DNA of 59,791 nt, filler included, from Squatina squatina (Eukaryota), in NCBI GenBank assembly GCA_031763465.1. It is 4 parts of 4 records of this genome, joined end to end, with 100 filler letters (N's around TTAATTAATTAA, not from the genome) between each part and the next. Parts side by side here need not be neighbours in the genome. Positions count along the whole stretch, not along the records: positions 27,858 to 46,582 come from JARFOE010000001.1; positions 46,683 to 59,791 come from JARFOE010000004.1; 2 more parts are not named here. The stretch is one strand, 5' to 3'. The translations under genes were made by a program, and so were the position numbers. The notes beneath the pieces were generated by a model. The model was not told where the DNA came from. It saw only the letters and a program-made list of their open reading frames with translations, and made no database searches. How positions within the stretch are numbered: the first letter of the stretch is position 1; each line of letters opens with the position of its first letter. Positions 37,276 through 50,004 of the stretch are shown here, one piece after another.

Positions 37276-38156
37276 GTTAGTTTTGCTGAAAGTTGATCAC
37301 TGTTGGGTTTTCTGTTCCTCTGAGTATAATTTGAACACCCGTAAAACTGGACATTTACTTAAAGGCTGACAGAGATGATATGAAGTTTTCCTACAAAAAG
37401 AACAGTGACTGCACTTGGAAGGTAATTCATTGGCTATGAAGTGTTTTGGGACATCTTCCAAGATATGAAAGGCACTATACATAAAGTTATCACTTCCCTA
37501 AGTTTTAACCTGATCTGAAATTTGAATTGTTTCTGAAAAGTAATAGATTTTACCAAACAATCCTTAACTGTTACTGCTGGGCAAGAATCTTCCAGAATCC
37601 AGAGTTAACCAACCATCTCTAGGCAGTCCGACGACATGAATGTGGATAATAACCTGCATATTGGAACACATCTCCTCTGATAGATGACATGATCTTTTCC
37701 AAGTTTTTAATGTTTATTTTTTGAAAGGCAGCTTTTATGGTCTGAAGTTTAGATTAAAAATGGAGACACAGCCTTCCTGTGTTTGATATTTACAGCGATT
37801 TAGGTGTGGTTTCCCCAATAATGTGGTATTAAAGGCACCATCCAGTGTAGTACTAAGCAGTATAGATCAGAGGGCCTCTGGTTTGATTTGTGGTCTATAC
37901 TGAGTTACCTGTTCCTAGCTGGGACAGTAGTGGGTGGGGGAGCTACAGTTGATCTCACCACCCTTGGGTCAGGATGGAAAAACTTAACCAGAGTTCTGGG
38001 GGATAATTTTAACCCCCTGGCGGGGGAGGAGGCAGGTGCAGGATTAAAAATGCAAAATTGGGAAACCCGACTCCAACTCACCTCCATCCTACCCACTTCC
38101 CGTCTGAAAATCCTCATTTCCTGGCTCCGAGTTATTATCGCGCCTCTGGTCCCTGA

Positions 38157-38672
<516 letters not shown>

Positions 38673-39281
38673 TGAGTTCGCAATGGGGATTCATTTGTCC
38701 TCCATCACATCTCCAGCCACTAGTCCTACCAATTAATTAGCAGTTTGCCAATCTAAAGCACCAAGTTAAAGTCTCGGTCTGGGTTGGCAGATAGCGACTA
38801 GGAATGGGAACTTAGGCTGTTTTTTTTTTCTGTTTCATAACTCAGGGGAGCTGAGGTCAATTGTAATGTTCCTATTGCTGCCATGGCTGACATTATTGAA
38901 TCTGGGAACATGCTGCTCTGACTCGGCTACTCATTGGTTAACCATCAGGGTAGCTTAAGGTTTATTATTGAGCACTCATTGAATCTAAGTCTTTGTGATA
39001 GATTCTGGCTGTTGCATCTGAGGGAGAAGGAAATCCAGGGTTATGCTGATGAGAGTGAGACGAGGAAAGATGGGAGGAGGCTCGAGTGGAGGATCAACGC
39101 CGGCGTAGACTGGCTGGACTAAATGGCCTGTTTCTGTGCTGTATATTCTCTGTAACATGCATCCTGAGAGAGGCTGAAAATGAACACTGGTTAGTTCAGT
39201 CAGGGTAATTGCTTCCCCATTAGGTGGCACTGTTGCTACACATCTAGTACTTTTGTGGCGCTTGGGCCCTCTTGATAGAAT

Positions 39282-39409
39282 GGGGTAGAATTTCTGCAGA
39301 CCTCCCTTTGTTGTTTTTGTGAAGGATTGGTGGAACAGCTGTTACACCATTTCTCTAGCGTTTCAACCAAAGTGAAAATTGGGAGAATCCCTGCAAAAAT
39401 TCAATCCCT
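39282..39409. mobile_element. Short degenerate MITE
   Basis: GGGGTAGAATTTCTGCAG ... CTGCAAAAATTCAATCCC imperfect TIRs. Confidence 0.45.
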
Positions 39410-39811
39410 CAGTGTTAAGTTCATGTTGGCATGTTGATAATAGATTGACCTTTAACGGCTTTGGACTGAGAGGAGTTTTCAATGCATTCAGAAACAGAAT
39501 GTTGTGAACCATTCAGCATTTTTAATGTGTGATGGATGTGTATGGTGAATCTTTGAAATTTTGATTCAACAAACTGTATAAGAATGGTGGAGTGCAACTG
39601 CTATGGCGTTTGGGAATTACATAAAATTTGTGTTAAATTACCTCTATAGTAGCTGAACAAGACAAACCTGGATCAATGGCCTTCTAATTTTCCTTCCTCC
39701 TCCACCCTCCTNNNNNNNNNNNNNNNNNNNNNNNNNNNNNNNNNNNNNNNNNNNNNNNNNNNNNNNNNNNNNNNNNNNNNNNNNNNNNNNNNNNNNNNNN
39801 NNNNNNNNNNN

Positions 39812-40178
39812 GCCTTGATCTCATCCTTGTTTTCAAATCTCTCCCTGGCCTCACCCCTCCCTATCTCTAATCTCCTTCAGACCTACAACCCTCCCGAAAT
39901 GTCTTCACTCCTTTAATTCTGCCCTTGTGAGCATCCCTGATTATAATCGCTCAACCATTTCAGCTGCCGAGGCCCTACGCTCTGGGATTCCCTGCCTAAT
40001 CCTCTCTTTCCTCCTTCATGACGCCCCTTAAAACCCCCCCTCTTTCCTGCCCTAATTTCTCCTTATGCAGCTAGGTCCCAATTTTTTTTTATTTTTTATT
40101 TTTTTAAGCTCAATACTCCTGTGAAGCATCTTGGGGCATTCGACTACGTTAAATGTGCTATATAAACTTAAGTTGTTA
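39812..40178 (+). mobile_element. L2-clade LINE 3' end
   Basis: LILVFKSLPGLTPPYL motif; tail GTGAAGCATCTTGGGGCATT...GCTATATAAACTTAAGTTG. Confidence 0.72.
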
Positions 40179-41318
40179 CTGTAATACTGTTAGAACCTTG
40201 AAATTGCTCAGCATTTCTTTTTAATACATTAGGTAGTACAGGGCATATAGATGCTAGTCTTGCTTTCTTGCAGCCAGAAAAATAAAGCTGCTTTTCAGAT
40301 TTCAGCACCCACATCGCAATTTACTACTAAATCTGCACCCTTTTCCTGGTAGCTGACTTGTCAAACCCACAAATGCTTGGGTCTACAAATTTGCTGAGAA
40401 AAGGGAGAGGTATTTAGTAGCATGAATGCGAGGAACCAGTCTCCCAGAATCCTAATTGAAACAGCAAGAAAAAATATATTGGTTGTATTTGCTAATCCCA
40501 GCTGCAATTTTTTTTTTTTTTAAAACTGGGTCTTCCCAAGTGTTGACCATAGGGAATTGGGCAACCTTACTTTGGTGTACTTTTCCAAATGGTTCATGCA
40601 TTTGGATCGGTACTACCTCAGCACATTTCTATTGCTAGGAAATTCAATTTACTTTTTTTCTATGCTTCTAATAACAGAATTATCAAGCAACTTTCATGCC
40701 CACAAAATGTGTGAATTCCAGTTGCTTTTGATAATATGCTGCCTATGGGCTGCAAAGTGAACAAATGTAGTACTTTTGCACATTTAATGCAGGATATTTT
40801 AAAATTTAATTATGAATGAATGAGCAGGGCTGTTTAAAGAGTAATGAGAAAGGAGATATAATTAAATTCTGAATAACTATTCAGATAGAAGGATAGGCAA
40901 AGGATTGCCTTTGGATCAACTATAGTTAACGGTGCAAAATAAACATATTTTTCTTCCAAGTTAGGGGCCTGTATTCAAGGTGTCCTTCTCCTTTATGAAG
41001 ACTGGAGACATGGCTGTCCATGCTTGGTTGCTTCCCTTGAGATATCCTTGAACACTGTGGGAAGGAGTCCTCCCCTTTCCATTAGATGATCATTTCCAAG
41101 CTTCGCACAAGTATAAGGAGTGTTCAAACATTCTTGTTAACTAAGCACTGTGACTCATAGCCCCTCTCTCTATTATTTCAAGTGCCTCATCTTGTAGTGC
41201 ATTTATCCACTAAGCCATTGGGAACCTTGCATTAAAAAAAAATGCTTTAAGTTGGAAATAATAAATTGTTTTCATCAGGCAATTTATAATTTTTGTTTCC
41301 TTTGCATCTATATTGCAG

Positions 41319-41557
41319 ACAAGCATTATCTGAGGTGACAGCAGCCTTGCGTGAACGGCTACACCGCTGGCAGCAGATAGAGATAATTTGTGGTTTTCCA
41401 ATCGTGCACAATGCAGGGATGCCGAGCCTAACCTCCATTCTGTATTCTGAGCACAGTTGGGTGGTCATGCCACGTGTGTCTGTTCCACCATATCCAATCG
41501 CTGGTGGAGTCGATGACTTGGATGAAGACACGCCACCAATCATTCCACAATTTCACC
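41319..41557 (+). CDS. STIM2: STIM2 exon: end of SOAR/CAD and inhibitory acidic domain
   Basis: ttgcag| ... |gtaagt; QALSEVTAALRERLHRWQQIEIICGF...HSWVVMPRVSVPPYPIAGGVDDLDEDTPPI. The tail is STIM2-diagnostic. Confidence 0.95.
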
Positions 41558-41861
41558 GTAAGTTACAAATCCCATCTCCTGACGAGGGAAAACAAGCAAT
41601 TGAGACCTTGACATTTTAATTCTGAACATTTGAGCTTCACATTCAGCTAAGGAAGAGGATAGGGCCAGACCGAAGCTATTAGTTTCCACTCTGCTACTCC
41701 CAGACAATTCTTAGCCAGTTGAACACCTGACATTTGCAGGACCATTTTACATTTCAGAATGNNNNNNNNNNNNNNNNNNNNNNNNNNNNNNNNNNNNNNN
41801 NNNNNNNNNNNNNNNNNNNNNNNNNNNNNNNNNNNNNNNNNNNNNNNNNNNNNNNNNNNNN

Positions 41862-42617
41862 CCACCACTGCAAAAGCTGATGTGTTGCCTCGGCCTGTGC
41901 CGCCATGGATGATGCCACCTCGTCCATGAGAGCTCTCATGGCTGCTGGATCATGATGCTTGATATGCGACTGGAGGAGGGAATGCAAGCTCTCCAACACA
42001 AGTCGTACAGTCTGCATGATGCGGGAGGCGGACTCCTCCGCCTTCTTCAGCACCTCGGAGAAGATCTCTGGCAGTCTTGCTATCGACGCCATCGTCTGCT
42101 CATGCATGGCCATGACCGTTTGTGGTACATTGACCTTGCCGAGGTCCTCATCCGAACCGTCGCCAGCAGTGCCGAGTGGCCAAGTGACCCTACGGCCACT
42201 TGCCACACCAGCATCCCTCGGCCTTTCTCCATCCTGCACCCGGCTGGGACCCAGTACAGAACCCTGTGCAACCCAAGTTTGATCACTACCCTGCACTACA
42301 CGTGAAGTGAGCATCTCTGAGCTGGCACGTGAGGCAGCAGTATGATGTGACGTACTGCTTGAGTCACTGAGCACTCCTGTCCAGCCCCCCTCTTCCCCAT
42401 TCTCCTCAACCTCCCCACCCTCCCCAACCTTCCCCAACCTCTCCTCCAGCAAGCTGGTGCCGTGGCCCCAAGTGCTCCTCCTCCTCCCACCACTCCTCCT
42501 CAGTAGACTCAGCCTCTCCAAGCAATTTCTCCATTGGAAGATCAGGAGGCGGGGAGGCTTTATTGTCCTGCCTGGCCACTTGTGATGGTTCCAGCACTGA
42601 CACAGAGGAGGCAATGT
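41862..42617 (-). CDS. Myb/SANT-like (Harbinger-type) gene, exon 3 (runs into gap)
   Basis: Acceptor ttttgtctttcag| at 42618; frame of ORF 41754-42647 is open to the gap; acidic/low-complexity region followed by a helical C-terminal region. Confidence 0.6.
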
Positions 42618-42767
42618 CTGAAAGACAAAATGGAAGAAAAGGCACATAATGCTGGTGCCATGCCCGGCACGTTTAAAAGCTCAAAACTACATTGTCCCAC
42701 AGCTAAGGCATTGATGGAAGACAACAAGGAGGAAGAGTGATGTTGAAGTCAGTGGAGCGTCACTCAC

Positions 42768-42932
42768 CATCATCATCATCATCATCGGGGGGAAGGACGA
42801 CAGGGTCACTGGCTCGCCCATCTCTGCCCCAATAATCCTGGCTACTTCCTCTTCCAGCTGATTCATCTCTGGCAGCTCCAGTATGTCACCATCAGGACGG
42901 CTCCTAAATGCCCTGATTGTCACCAGTTTAGC
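42768..42932 (-). CDS. Myb/SANT-like (Harbinger-type) gene, exon 2
   Basis: ctccttgtttctgcag|AKLVTIRAFRSRPDGDILELPEMNQLEEEVARIIG...|gtgagt; resembles the RTGGG....L..LEE.V..I.G motif that follows the trihelix. Confidence 0.65.
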
Positions 42933-43139
42933 CTGCAGAAACAAGGAGAAGTGCATGATGGCCAACCCTTTTCTTTCAACTTGTCATTTGATGGAATTGG
43001 CAAAAAGCGTGCCATGCCCATTGTGCACGATTATACAGAGTTCCAGTGTAAACAGCTCAGCAACTCTCTCAAGATTATTGCAATGTACAAAGGAGAGAGT
43101 TCACGATGGGGCGGCCATTGTTACAAGGGAGACACTCAC

Positions 43140-43385
43140 CTTCACAACTCGCATGACATCATTAAATTTTTTATGGTATTGATTGCCGTCCCTTGGAGTT
43201 ACATCCGTGGAAGCCACTTCCCTCGCCACGTCCCTCCAGGCTCGCCTTATCATCTTGGCTGTGCCCCTTCTTCCTGCAACAGGGAACAAGGTTCCAATCC
43301 TTCTGTCAACTGCAGCATTGAGTGCCTCAAGGTTTGCCTCCAAGAAACGGGAGGCCCTCACTCTTCCGGCCTGCGCTTCTGACAT
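43140..43385 (-). CDS. Myb/SANT-like (trihelix, NAIF1/Harbinger-type) DNA-binding domain, exon 1
   Basis: MSEAQAGRVRASRFLEANLEALNAAVDRRIGTLF...AWRDVAREVASTDVTPRDGNQYHKKFNDVMRVVK|gtgagt; pattern R..RF...LE.L...V...LF, W..VA..V, R...Q..KKF.D. Confidence 0.78.
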
Positions 43386-44337
43386 CTCGCCTGTACTTAA
43401 CAGCAGCCAATGTTCTGATACAAATCACTGACACCACCTCCAAGACTGACCTGAGCAGTGGTTGTCTGTGGGAAAGGCCCCCCTTTAAGTGCTGAGGAGG
43501 CCTGAGTGCTGATTGGTACCAGTTAGGCATTTACTGCAATTGGCCTGCAGAAATAAACTAAGATAATCAGCGCTAAGTAGGGGTCCTTTAGCGCTGAGAT
43601 TAGCACATTTTTTTAAGCTGTCAGAATTCTTTTTTCTATGTTTCAAATTGCAGGCCTTAAAGGGAGAGTTCCGAAACCGGAACTTTGCACTCAACAATTC
43701 GACCATTAGTGCCAGTAACTCAGTGAAGTTGAATTGGGTGCCCTTTGTCTTGCTATTAGATAGGTAATCAACACACTTTGCTCAAATGTATTCCCAGGGA
43801 GAAGCCGTTCAAACTAATGGTATTAGGAGTGCACGAGCAAATGGAGTAAACGATCTAACTCCAGAAATGATAGCCTTTGTGTATTTTCTTAATTAATGTA
43901 TCTCTGTAAAAGATACCCAGAGCCATTGCACACAAGGAAGTAAGATTTAAAAAAAACACTAGCTGTCATGTTTGTAAAGACAAAATTCTGAAATAGCCCC
44001 AATAAATTATGACAGAATTTCCAGCCATTATGCAATGTTGGAATCAGAGAAAGACACTGTGAAAGAAAAAGATTTACTCACATAGAGGAGTCCTCCATTA
44101 GTCTCACAAATTCTTTGCTGCAACATAGAATGTGAGAAAGATAGCCAATGTCGGGTGAACAAGGATTTGTTAAGTAGAGGTAGAAGCAAAATTTACTGCT
44201 TTAAGATGGAGAATTTGGGGATGACAAATAGTTCATTTATAAACTAAATTATTCTTACTTTATCACACTGACTTAAATATTTAATCATACATTCAAGAAT
44301 ACCAATACAAATTTGAAAGCCATATCTGAAACATACT

Positions 44338-45064
44338 GGCCCAGAATTTGTGGTCAGTGGCAAATGAATAGCGCTCACCGTTCATTAAACTTACAGCTGC
44401 CCACAGACTTTTTGTCAGCTTTTGAATGGCAATTTACGGTCATTGGAAGTCCGATACAGTGCAGGGGATCTGGGACCTGTATGGACAGGGAAAGCAACAG
44501 CGTATCACTTCAACCAATCAGATTGAGGCACGCAGTCTAAACCACGAAGTGTAAGTTAGAATATTTAATTCAATGTAAAATCAGGTACAGAGAGCAAAAT
44601 AAGAGAGGGAAAGATAGGATTAGAGAAAAGGATAATAGGGACAGAAAGAGAAAGTTAAAAAAATAAATAATTTTTAAACACCAACGATTATTAAAATCTG
44701 CAGGAATGAAACTCCACAGTTGTAAAAGTAAATTTTCAGGGCCAGAGAGGTTATTTGATAGTAATTAAGACTCATCACACCATTAAAAATTCACTTACAT
44801 TTGAATGGACAAACCCTAACTTTTTCTGGCTAGTTTAGTGGGTGTCGAGGGGGGGGGAAGTACAGCAACTTTGTATATTTAATGCCGAATATCTCAGTGA
44901 GTTACTGGTGTGGTGAAGCTTGTAGGGAAGCAGGGCAACTTGGACAGCAACTTCTGGGTTTCCGCATTTAACTGCGCATGTGCGGATGCAAGAAATTGTT
45001 GTCCAATTTACTCCACAATGTTGAGCGCTGTTAGCCTCACTGTTATTAATGTAAAATCTGGGCC
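44338..45064. mobile_element. ~727-bp MITE with TIRs
   Basis: GGCCCAGAATTT ... AAAATCTGGGCC; flanks ACT/ATT. Confidence 0.65.
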
Positions 45065-45595
45065 ATTGCTTTTTGTTCAATAAATTATCATTTTCATGTA
45101 CTTTACTATGCCATGAATTTCTTGAAGCTTTTAAAGTAAGATGTTTGAGAACTTGGGGAGATGGCAGGAAACACAGAGAAAAATGTATTGATAAATTTTT
45201 AAGAAATGAACACAGTAATTTCATTAAAATTTTCATTGCCTGCTAATGAAATTATTACTGTGTGGGTAGAATCTGTGCTCTTTGAGTCATAAGTTCATAT
45301 GGAAGAGATACTGAAATTAAGAATGTTTACAAGGTAAGTTGAAAGTAGAAAGTTGGTGTGGCTGGGAGCTTAGCTGCTTTATGCATTTAAATGTTAATGA
45401 TNNNNNNNNNNNNNNNNNNNNNNNNNNNNNNNNNNNNNNNNNNNNNNNNNNNNNNNNNNNNNNNNNNNNNNNNNNNNNNNNNNNNNNNNNNNNNNNNNNN
45501 NCTTTCTGGTGAATGATATTTGCTTAGTGGTATTTTAGATTTAAAAAGTAAATCCCTGTTTCTAAATGTTTGTGTGTGTGTGTTTTTTTTTTCAG

Positions 45596-45797
45596 CAGTA
45601 GCTCATAGTAAACTCACTTACAACTTACCAAAAAGCAGTAGCCAGGGTCGCTGTCGGCGGCCCAATGTGATCCCTTCTGGAGTTTCACCTTCCTTGCAAT
45701 CCTCCACTTCTGACATCTTTGTAATGAACAGCTGTTCAACCCTTCATCGCGGTGAGGAGGAGGAAGATGCCATATTCTTCACAGCGGACAAGAATTG
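45596..45797 (+). CDS. STIM2: STIM2 C-terminal exon
   Basis: tttcag|cag (NAGNAG) ... |gtaact; ...LPKSSSQGRCRR...DIFVMNSCSTLHRGEEEEDAIFFTADKNW, matching human DILSVSSCPALYRNEEEEEAIYFSAEKQW. Confidence 0.9.
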
Positions 45798-46504
45798 GTA
45801 ACTAGATTGTTGTGTGTTATGGACTGAATTGAAGCAAATTAAATTGTATTTTTTCCTGCCGCAGCTTGTTCAGCATTCTCACAGCCACGAGAGCACTGTG
45901 GAAATTGAATGATACTAAATTACTTTACCTTTAGTTAGTTATAAACCCCAGAAACCTGAACCATGCAAGCTTACTGCCAAAACAATGTGCAAAATGGATT
46001 AAAAATAAACTTAGGTTCTGCAAATTTCTTAGTGGGACAATTCATCTGAATTAGGGTAAAATTTGGATTTTCAACAAATTTTTCCAATTCACCTTGGTGT
46101 GGATTTCAAAATCTCTTGTGGAGTTTATAGTATTGATTGCAGGTCAGGCTGGAAAATTTACATGTCACAAAGCCCAGGAGTTGAATCCACATCAACAGAT
46201 TTATAAAGGAAGAGGCTGGAGCTACCCCAGTTAACTAAACTTAGTTCTAAATATCAGTCTAGTTACGCACATGTCCATAATTAACCTGCAGCAGATATGA
46301 ATTAATAATCCAGATATAGCAGTAGTAGAAATGTCTCAATGAGAGTAACTCCTCTGATGAGTAAATCACCACCTTTTAATCACTTATTTCAATTAAGCAA
46401 ACATTTGGGGATAAACTGGAGTCTTTTGCAAAAGCATTTCAATTAAGAAATGTCTGTAACTGCAGGCAGCCAACAGCTGGCTTCTGGAGCTCTCCTGTTG
46501 TACA

Positions 46505-46582
46505 TAGTAAATGTAACCCCACTATTCCAGAAAGGCGGGAGAGGGAAAACAGGGAACTATAGGCCAGTTAGCCTGACATCAG
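46505..46582 (+). mobile_element. CR1 LINE RT fragment
   Basis: VNVTPLFQKGGRGKTGNYRPVSLTS. Confidence 0.8.
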
Positions 46583-46626
46583 NNNNNNNNNNNNNNNNNN
46601 NNNNNNNNNNNNNNNNNNNNNNNNNN

Positions 46627-46638
46627 TTAATTAATTAA
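46627..46638. other. Artificial scaffold linker (six-frame stop)
   Basis: TTAATTAATTAA between two runs of 44 N. Confidence 0.97.
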
Positions 46639-46682
46639 NNNNNNNNNNNNNNNNNNNNNNNNNNNNNNNNNNNNNNNNNNNN

Positions 46683-46790
46683 CCCACTAATTCTTCAACC
46701 TTGCCAGTTAAAAAAACAGATGATAGTTGCCATCTAACAATTGATTATCACAAGCTTGATTTGGTAAGTCCAGCTTGCACCCCTGCTGTT
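46683..46790 (+). mobile_element. LTR-retroelement / endogenous retrovirus RT N-terminal remnant
   Basis: PTNSSTLPVKKTDDSCHLTIDYHKLDLVSPACTPAV fits the NSP.WPV.K.DG.WRLT.DYR.LN.V.P motif. Confidence 0.6.
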
Positions 46791-47643
46791 CTGGAGAGGG
46801 TGGGAGTCAATAGGAAACAGCAGAAATTGACAAATGGCATATGGGAGAAAGGATAAATAGTTATGCAAGAATAAGGAGAAGGGGGAAGATGTTTCTTTTC
46901 TGATGTTCTACATTTTTTTTGTTTACAGTGTGAATGTTAATATCTTTTTACAAACATGTATGAATGTTTAAAAAGTTACAGTATTCTTTCTGTTTGAAAG
47001 CCTGTCTTTAAAAAAAAAGGTGCCTGTTGCGACTCCACCCACTTTCTGTGCATAGAATCCTGTTTAACTTTTGGTACTCTTGTCTTGAATGGTGGACAAG
47101 CGTGTTTGTTTAAGTTTGTCAGTGTATGCATACACATTAATGTTTCAAAGTTTTGTGAATGTGGTTGTTTAAGTCTTCACACAGTTATTATAAGCTTTAA
47201 CCTTGAAGTTACAACTGCGATTGAAGATGTGTAGCCTCGGTTTAAATCAATTCAAAATTGTGACTGTCTTCTTAAATTGGTTACTGAAAGTCCGAAAGAG
47301 CCAATCTTTAAGTTTTGATAAGGAAGAAGTAATCAGTAATTATAAATTGGGTTGGAAAAAAAATTATAAATTTGTCAGACAATGAAATTAGGAAAGGAAA
47401 ACGAAAAAAGATTCTGTCCTGTTGCTATTTTCACTGTAGTGTTCTGTGGAGAAAATCCTGTATGAACATTTCAATGCTACACGCTGAGGGAAGCTCTGCC
47501 CTCTTTTCCCTTTTTGTGTAGCATGTTAAAAGAGGAATATTAATTGGTTATCGAAAGCATGAACCATTTTGTTTTATCTATATTGGACTTAATTGCACTG
47601 ATACAATTGGTCTGCAATAAATTGAAGTTAAAAAAATACTTAC

Positions 47644-47779
47644 CAGAGCTGGGTACCGTGAGGTCTTCCTTTTGTCTCCATTAGTACACTCTACACAGAC
47701 AATTTTACCAATTAATTCATCACTTAATCGTTGGTCTTCATCATCATCACTGGATGAAGATGACTCTTCTTCGTCAGGG
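47644..47779 (-). CDS. ARID4B: AT-rich interaction domain 4B, internal exon
   Basis: cattgtag| ... |gtaagt; PDEEESSSSSDDDEDQRLSDELIGKIVCVECTNGDKRKTSRYPAL (human PEEESSSSSSDEDEDDRKQIDELLGKVVCV...WFPAL); head-to-head with GGPS1 as in human. Confidence 0.9.
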
Positions 47780-49521
47780 CTACAATGAAATGAGACACCA
47801 GACAATGGCTGAAATTATCTGTTCACAAGTACATCGAGAGACTCAGGTCAGGAGAAAAAAAAAGATAAAGATCACAGTGCACATCCAGATATTACAAAAA
47901 AATACGGTATGATCTGTGTGAATTTGGGACAATGGAAGTAGCAAGTACATTATGACACTAGCTAAACAATGTGCACAAAAACCAAACAGTCAAAAAGTCA
48001 CCACACTGTGTGTTGTGGCAAGTGCTTTGTTTAAAACGAGGAACTTTGAATGACTTAGCAGGCGATGCAGTGGGAGAAAAACAGCTGAGCTGAACTCAAG
48101 TGGTTTCCATGCAGAAAAGGGCATGCACAGGGGGAAGTGGGTCTGCAAAGGCATTTTTGGGTGGGGAAGTGCAGTTGGTCAGGTAAAAACTCCATGCGAT
48201 GGTGGGGAAGGGCTTTGTGCTGAAGCAGATGCCAGTCAGTGAGTTTTGCCTGGTTGGGCCGTCTTAAAGTGGCCAGAAATGTTTTGAGAACATGACTTGT
48301 AGTGATGGCTTTCTTTTAACGTGCAGTGGGAGTAGTGGAAGAACAGCTGAGAATTTGTACATAGGATTAGCGCTCCTCAGATTTCAGAAATGAAGTGTCT
48401 CGCTGATTCATTGATTTCAGCTCAAATATACCAGCTCTGGTTTTGAAAGTGCAAATGAGGCACCATTTGTGCTTGTATGTGCAGTTTTATATATTCAATG
48501 TATATTCCATAGTAACTTTTGTTGTGAAATTGAGCACCTTCCCTGCTAAAATAAACCCCCAAACATGCTAGTGATTTTTTTTTTAAGCATAACACAACCA
48601 CAATGCTTTGACTGTGCTGCAATTCACTTTAGAAATTTGATTAGCTCAATGATTTGAAAAAGCAGTCCACAGACAAACATTTTGCATCCAATGAGCGTTT
48701 CACAACCCATGGAACAAAAGTGCAACACAGGGACATATTTACCAGGAGNNNNNNNNNNNNNNNNNNNNNNNNNNNNNNNNNNNNNNNNNNNNNNNNNNNN
48801 NNNNNNNNNNNNNNNNNNNNNNNNNNNNNNNNNNNNNNNNNNNNNNNNAGAAGAACTGTTTCCAACCATTCTATGCAGCCACAGAATAACCCTGCAGTGT
48901 GTTGCACCACTACCCTCAGCCACTGCAATTATGGACACACAATACCATAGTCCTGCAAACTGCAGTGACATACCATAGTTCCAATTGTGTGACTCAATAG
49001 TTGGAGCTTTGCCATCCATTACTGTCTGCCATGACACATACCACCAGGAAATACAAAGGCATCGACAAAAGAAGTGCAGCCCCCTTCCTGACACCATGCT
49101 TCAAGTTCATAACACACCCCACTGCTTATGATGTCACCTGACCCCCATGATGCATTCTGCTTACTCTCTATTATCCTATAGCAAGTGGACTGCAAGGAAG
49201 GCAGTAAAAAGGTTTTTTTTGATCGCAACAATATTTCAATAAAATCGCCTATCAAAGGTGCACTTTCAAAAGGTTTATAAAAGTCAAATCATTGGATTAC
49301 ATTTAGACAACTGCTTCCACCCCACAGTGGAAATTAATAGAGCTAGCTATTGTGATATCTATTTATCAATGTGTATATCAATACATATACACACATATTA
49401 CACATTGCATACACACGAGGGNNNNNNNNNNNNNNNNNNNNNNNNNNNNNNNNNNNNNNNNNNNNNNNNNNNNNNNNNNNNNNNNNNNNNNNNNNNNNNN
49501 NNNNNNNNNNNNNNNNNNNNN

Positions 49522-49700
49522 CAGAGATCTCGGAGGGCTGTCGATCTGGAGGAGGTTACAGAGATAGGGAGGGGCGAGGCCATGGAGGGATTTGAAAACA
49601 AGGGTGAGGGTTTTAAAATCGAGATGTTGCTGGAGCAGGAGCCAATGCGGGTCAGCGAGCACAAGGGTGATGGCTGAATGGGACTTGGTACAAGTTAGAC
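49522..49700 (-). mobile_element. L2-clade LINE fragment
   Basis: ITLVLADPHWLLLQQHLDFKTLTLVFKSLHGLAPPYL. Confidence 0.78.
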
Positions 49701-50004
49701 AACTGTGTGGGTGTCTGTCTCCCTCTGCCCCTCGTGCTGTGGGGAATTGGGGGGTGGCGGTGGGGGTGTTAACAGGCATCCACTCAGCAGCTCCCATGAT
49801 AACAAAACTGCAATGAGTAATTCACCCCGTGGAGAAGCACACCATGGTTAAGATCAGTTAACTCACCCTGAGGATCACAAATGCCAAGCAAACACTGAGC
49901 ATTCGGACAAGCATCGTTAATGTGTGTAATGTTTCTGTTACCACAGTCCTAGTATACAGCCAGAAAGTGCCCAGAACCTTTTTTGCATATTAAAGAAATT
50001 ATAT

